Of a stretch of 64,000 nt of DNA, positions 62,636-64,000 are shown piece by piece. Position 1 is the stretch's first letter, and each line of letters starts with the position of its first letter. Source of the DNA: Candidatus Limnocylindrales bacterium (GTDB lineage: Bacteria > Chloroflexota > Limnocylindria > Limnocylindrales > CSP1-4); contig JBBRXB010000001.1 in assembly GCA_038248915.1 (NCBI GenBank), forward strand, positions 229,097 through 293,096, read 5' to 3'. Made by a program: the position numbers and the translations under genes. A model generated the notes under the pieces. That model worked only from the letters and a program-made list of their open reading frames with translations. It had not been told where the DNA came from and did no database searches.

Positions 62636-63447
62636 CGGGACCGCGGTCTGCCTGCGCGACGGCGCATGCCCCGACCGGCCCGGGCGCGTCCCTGAGGCGC
62701 GTCCTCGCGCCATTCGAGCGTGACCGACCTCGGGCTGGTCGGCGAGGAGGCTGCCCGATCGATGTTGCAGGGTTCTCACTCGATCGATCCGGCAGGCTGA
62801 GGCGGGGCCGGCGCCACTGACCCGGTGACCGCTCGACTTCCGCGGCGTACCAGTGATTCGGGATGTCGCGCGCCACGAAGACGTTATCGAGGAGTGTCGT
62901 CCCGGCCGGGAAGTCCGAACACCCATCGAGGATGTCGGATCGGACATCCATCGCGGACGGGAGCAGGACGTCCCAAGTGCCACGTCGGACACGGACCCGC
63001 CGCATGGGATCGTTTCCAACCCCCGGGACAAAGGCGACGAAACGGTCGACCAGGAACGACTGGGCCTCGGCCCTGGATCCGAACACCGAGACGTCGGGCA
63101 TGGTCGCGGCCGCGGGCTCGAGTTTCAGATAGGCGTGGCCGCTCATCCCGTCCGCCGGCCAAGGGGAACCTACAGCTGCCCTCCGGGTCGGCCATGAAGT
63201 TGCCGTACTCGAAGCCGAGGTGGACGTGCACGGGCTCCGGGATGACGAACGCGAAGTAGATCGTCTTCCTCCCGATCGGCAGGTCGTGGCCGACCAGCTG
63301 CCAGCCCGGCCGGACGCGCCCGATCGCCTCCGGTCCGGCGCGCCGGACGACGGCCTGCAACGTCTCGGCGGCGGCCCGGCGCTCGTCGGCATAGCCCGCA
63401 AGGAACGCCTCGCCCGGAAGGCCATCGACCGTCAGCGTGGCGGCCAC
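62625..63447 (-). pseudogene. Frameshifted mosaic: DUF1801-like N-terminal part continuing in another frame into a DUF2071-like C-terminal fragment
   Basis: The frame from GTG 63447 encodes AFLAGYADERRAAAETLQAVVRRAGPEA...IYFAFVIPEPVHVHLGFEYGNFMADPEG. Near 63150 the high-GC3 signal switches to the frame encoding MSGHAYLKLEP...FLVDRFVAFVPGVGNDPMRRVRVRRGTWDVLLPSAMDVRSDIL.... That frame then runs into a low-complexity tail with no nearby stop. Confidence 0.45.
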
Positions 63448-64000
63448 GTGACCACCCCGACCTCGCTCGGGCCACGGCCCTTGATCATCCAGCCGTCGCC
63501 GTCCGGGGCCGCCAGCTCATCGAGCGCCGACTGGAACCGGGCCCCCTTCGGTCCGTCCGGGTCGATCCATAGCTGCCGGCGGACGAAGCCGCCGAGAGCC
63601 TCACGGGTCTCGAACCGTCGCGGCTCGACGGCGATCAGGTCGACCGCGGGCGCGCGACCCCGGGCGCGCAGCAGCTCGAGGACGTCGGCAAGGGCCGGTA
63701 GCGCGACCCGCGACTCGCCATGGACCGGCGGCCAGAACGGGTCCGCGACTGACGCCGGGACGCGAGTCATCAGGACCGCCACGCACAGGCGCTCGGCCGC
63801 AGCCTCCAGCGCGCGGAGGAATGGCCCGATCGCCTCGATGTCGTAGCCGACGTGGGCGATCAGCGCGACGTCCGCGTCGAGATCGGCGACGGATCGGTCG
63901 TCGGCGAACGGCCAGCGCGCCTCGATGGTCCGGACGTTCTCGATGGCATAGTCGTCGGCGATCTCGCGCAGCCCGTCGAGCATCGAGCGCGACGCATCGA
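63432..64000 (-). CDS. Probable class I SAM-dependent methyltransferase (5' end outside window)
   Basis: The frame is open to the window end. The visible part (DADVALIAHVGYDIEAIGPFLRALEAAAERLCVAVLM...) resembles the post-motif II/III region of Methyltransf_11/25-type enzymes. The SAM-binding motif I is not visible. Confidence 0.5.
   Translation of the reverse strand, partial: DASRSMLDGLREIADDYAIENVRTIEARWPFADDRSVADLDADVALIAHVGYDIEAIGPFLRALEAAAERLCVAVLMTRVPASVADPFWPPVHGESRVALPALADVLELLRARGRAPAVDLIAVEPRRFETREALGGFVRRQLWIDPDGPKGARFQSALDELAAPDGDGWMIKGRGPSEVGVVTWPPR

Overview
Very GC-rich (by eye about 70%) bacterial chromosomal segment. It is densely coded with frequent GTG/TTG starts and many 1-4 nt start/stop overlaps. 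The gene content looks Actinomycetota-like, though Chloroflexota-like cannot be excluded: tRNA-Leu/tig/clpP/clpX/valS synteny, a holin-X/DUF3618 pair, an F420/PPOX-type protein, a two-domain MshD-like GNAT and form I CO dehydrogenase. No transposase, integrase, CRISPR array or rRNA was seen.

Gene order, left to right:
- A run of zinc-ribbon proteins plus a YihY membrane protein.
- A GH13 alpha-glucosidase with a divergent LacI regulator and sugar ABC importer.
- valS, clpX, clpP, tig and tRNA-Leu(UAG).
- A holin-X-like/DUF3618 pair, then cinA.
- A Crp / MBL-hydrolase / zinc-ribbon adenylate-cyclase-ATPase trio.
- An Mrp/ApbC Fe-S carrier.
- A PotABCD-type polyamine importer plus a class III aminotransferase.
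- A roughly 15 kb accessory-looking island. It holds two paralogous FAD-oxidase/GcvT fusion enzymes, two choline-kinase-like phosphotransferases, an APC permease, a PPOX-like protein, a secreted metallophosphoesterase, a TetR regulator and an atypically long class II aldolase.
- A ChlI-like AAA / VWA pair with an orphan degenerate VirB11-like ATPase.
- An unusually long (about 950 bp) non-coding gap.
- An ABC-2 exporter operon, rsgA and an MshD-like GNAT.
- A coxMSL form I CO-dehydrogenase operon with an XdhC-YHS fusion, coxG and an MBL hydrolase.

Most interesting:
1. The 51.0-52.0 kb gap. It contains a frameshifted small ORF, a 17-bp inverted repeat with a G-U-compatible mismatch, a tandem 16-mer, and a textbook TTGACA-17-TAGACT promoter. 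That promoter drives an SD-sequestering hairpin, a 28-codon uORF and a U-tract terminator in front of the exporter. The exporter itself has a 63-codon ORF wedged between its ATPase and permease.
2. The kinase/oxidase/permease island.
3. A G-rich nested-repeat block immediately upstream of tig.
4. The XdhC-YHS fusion in the cox operon.
5. Two genes whose coding signal extends upstream to SD-preceded CTG codons.

All calls come from reading the translations and sequence by eye. No database search was run.
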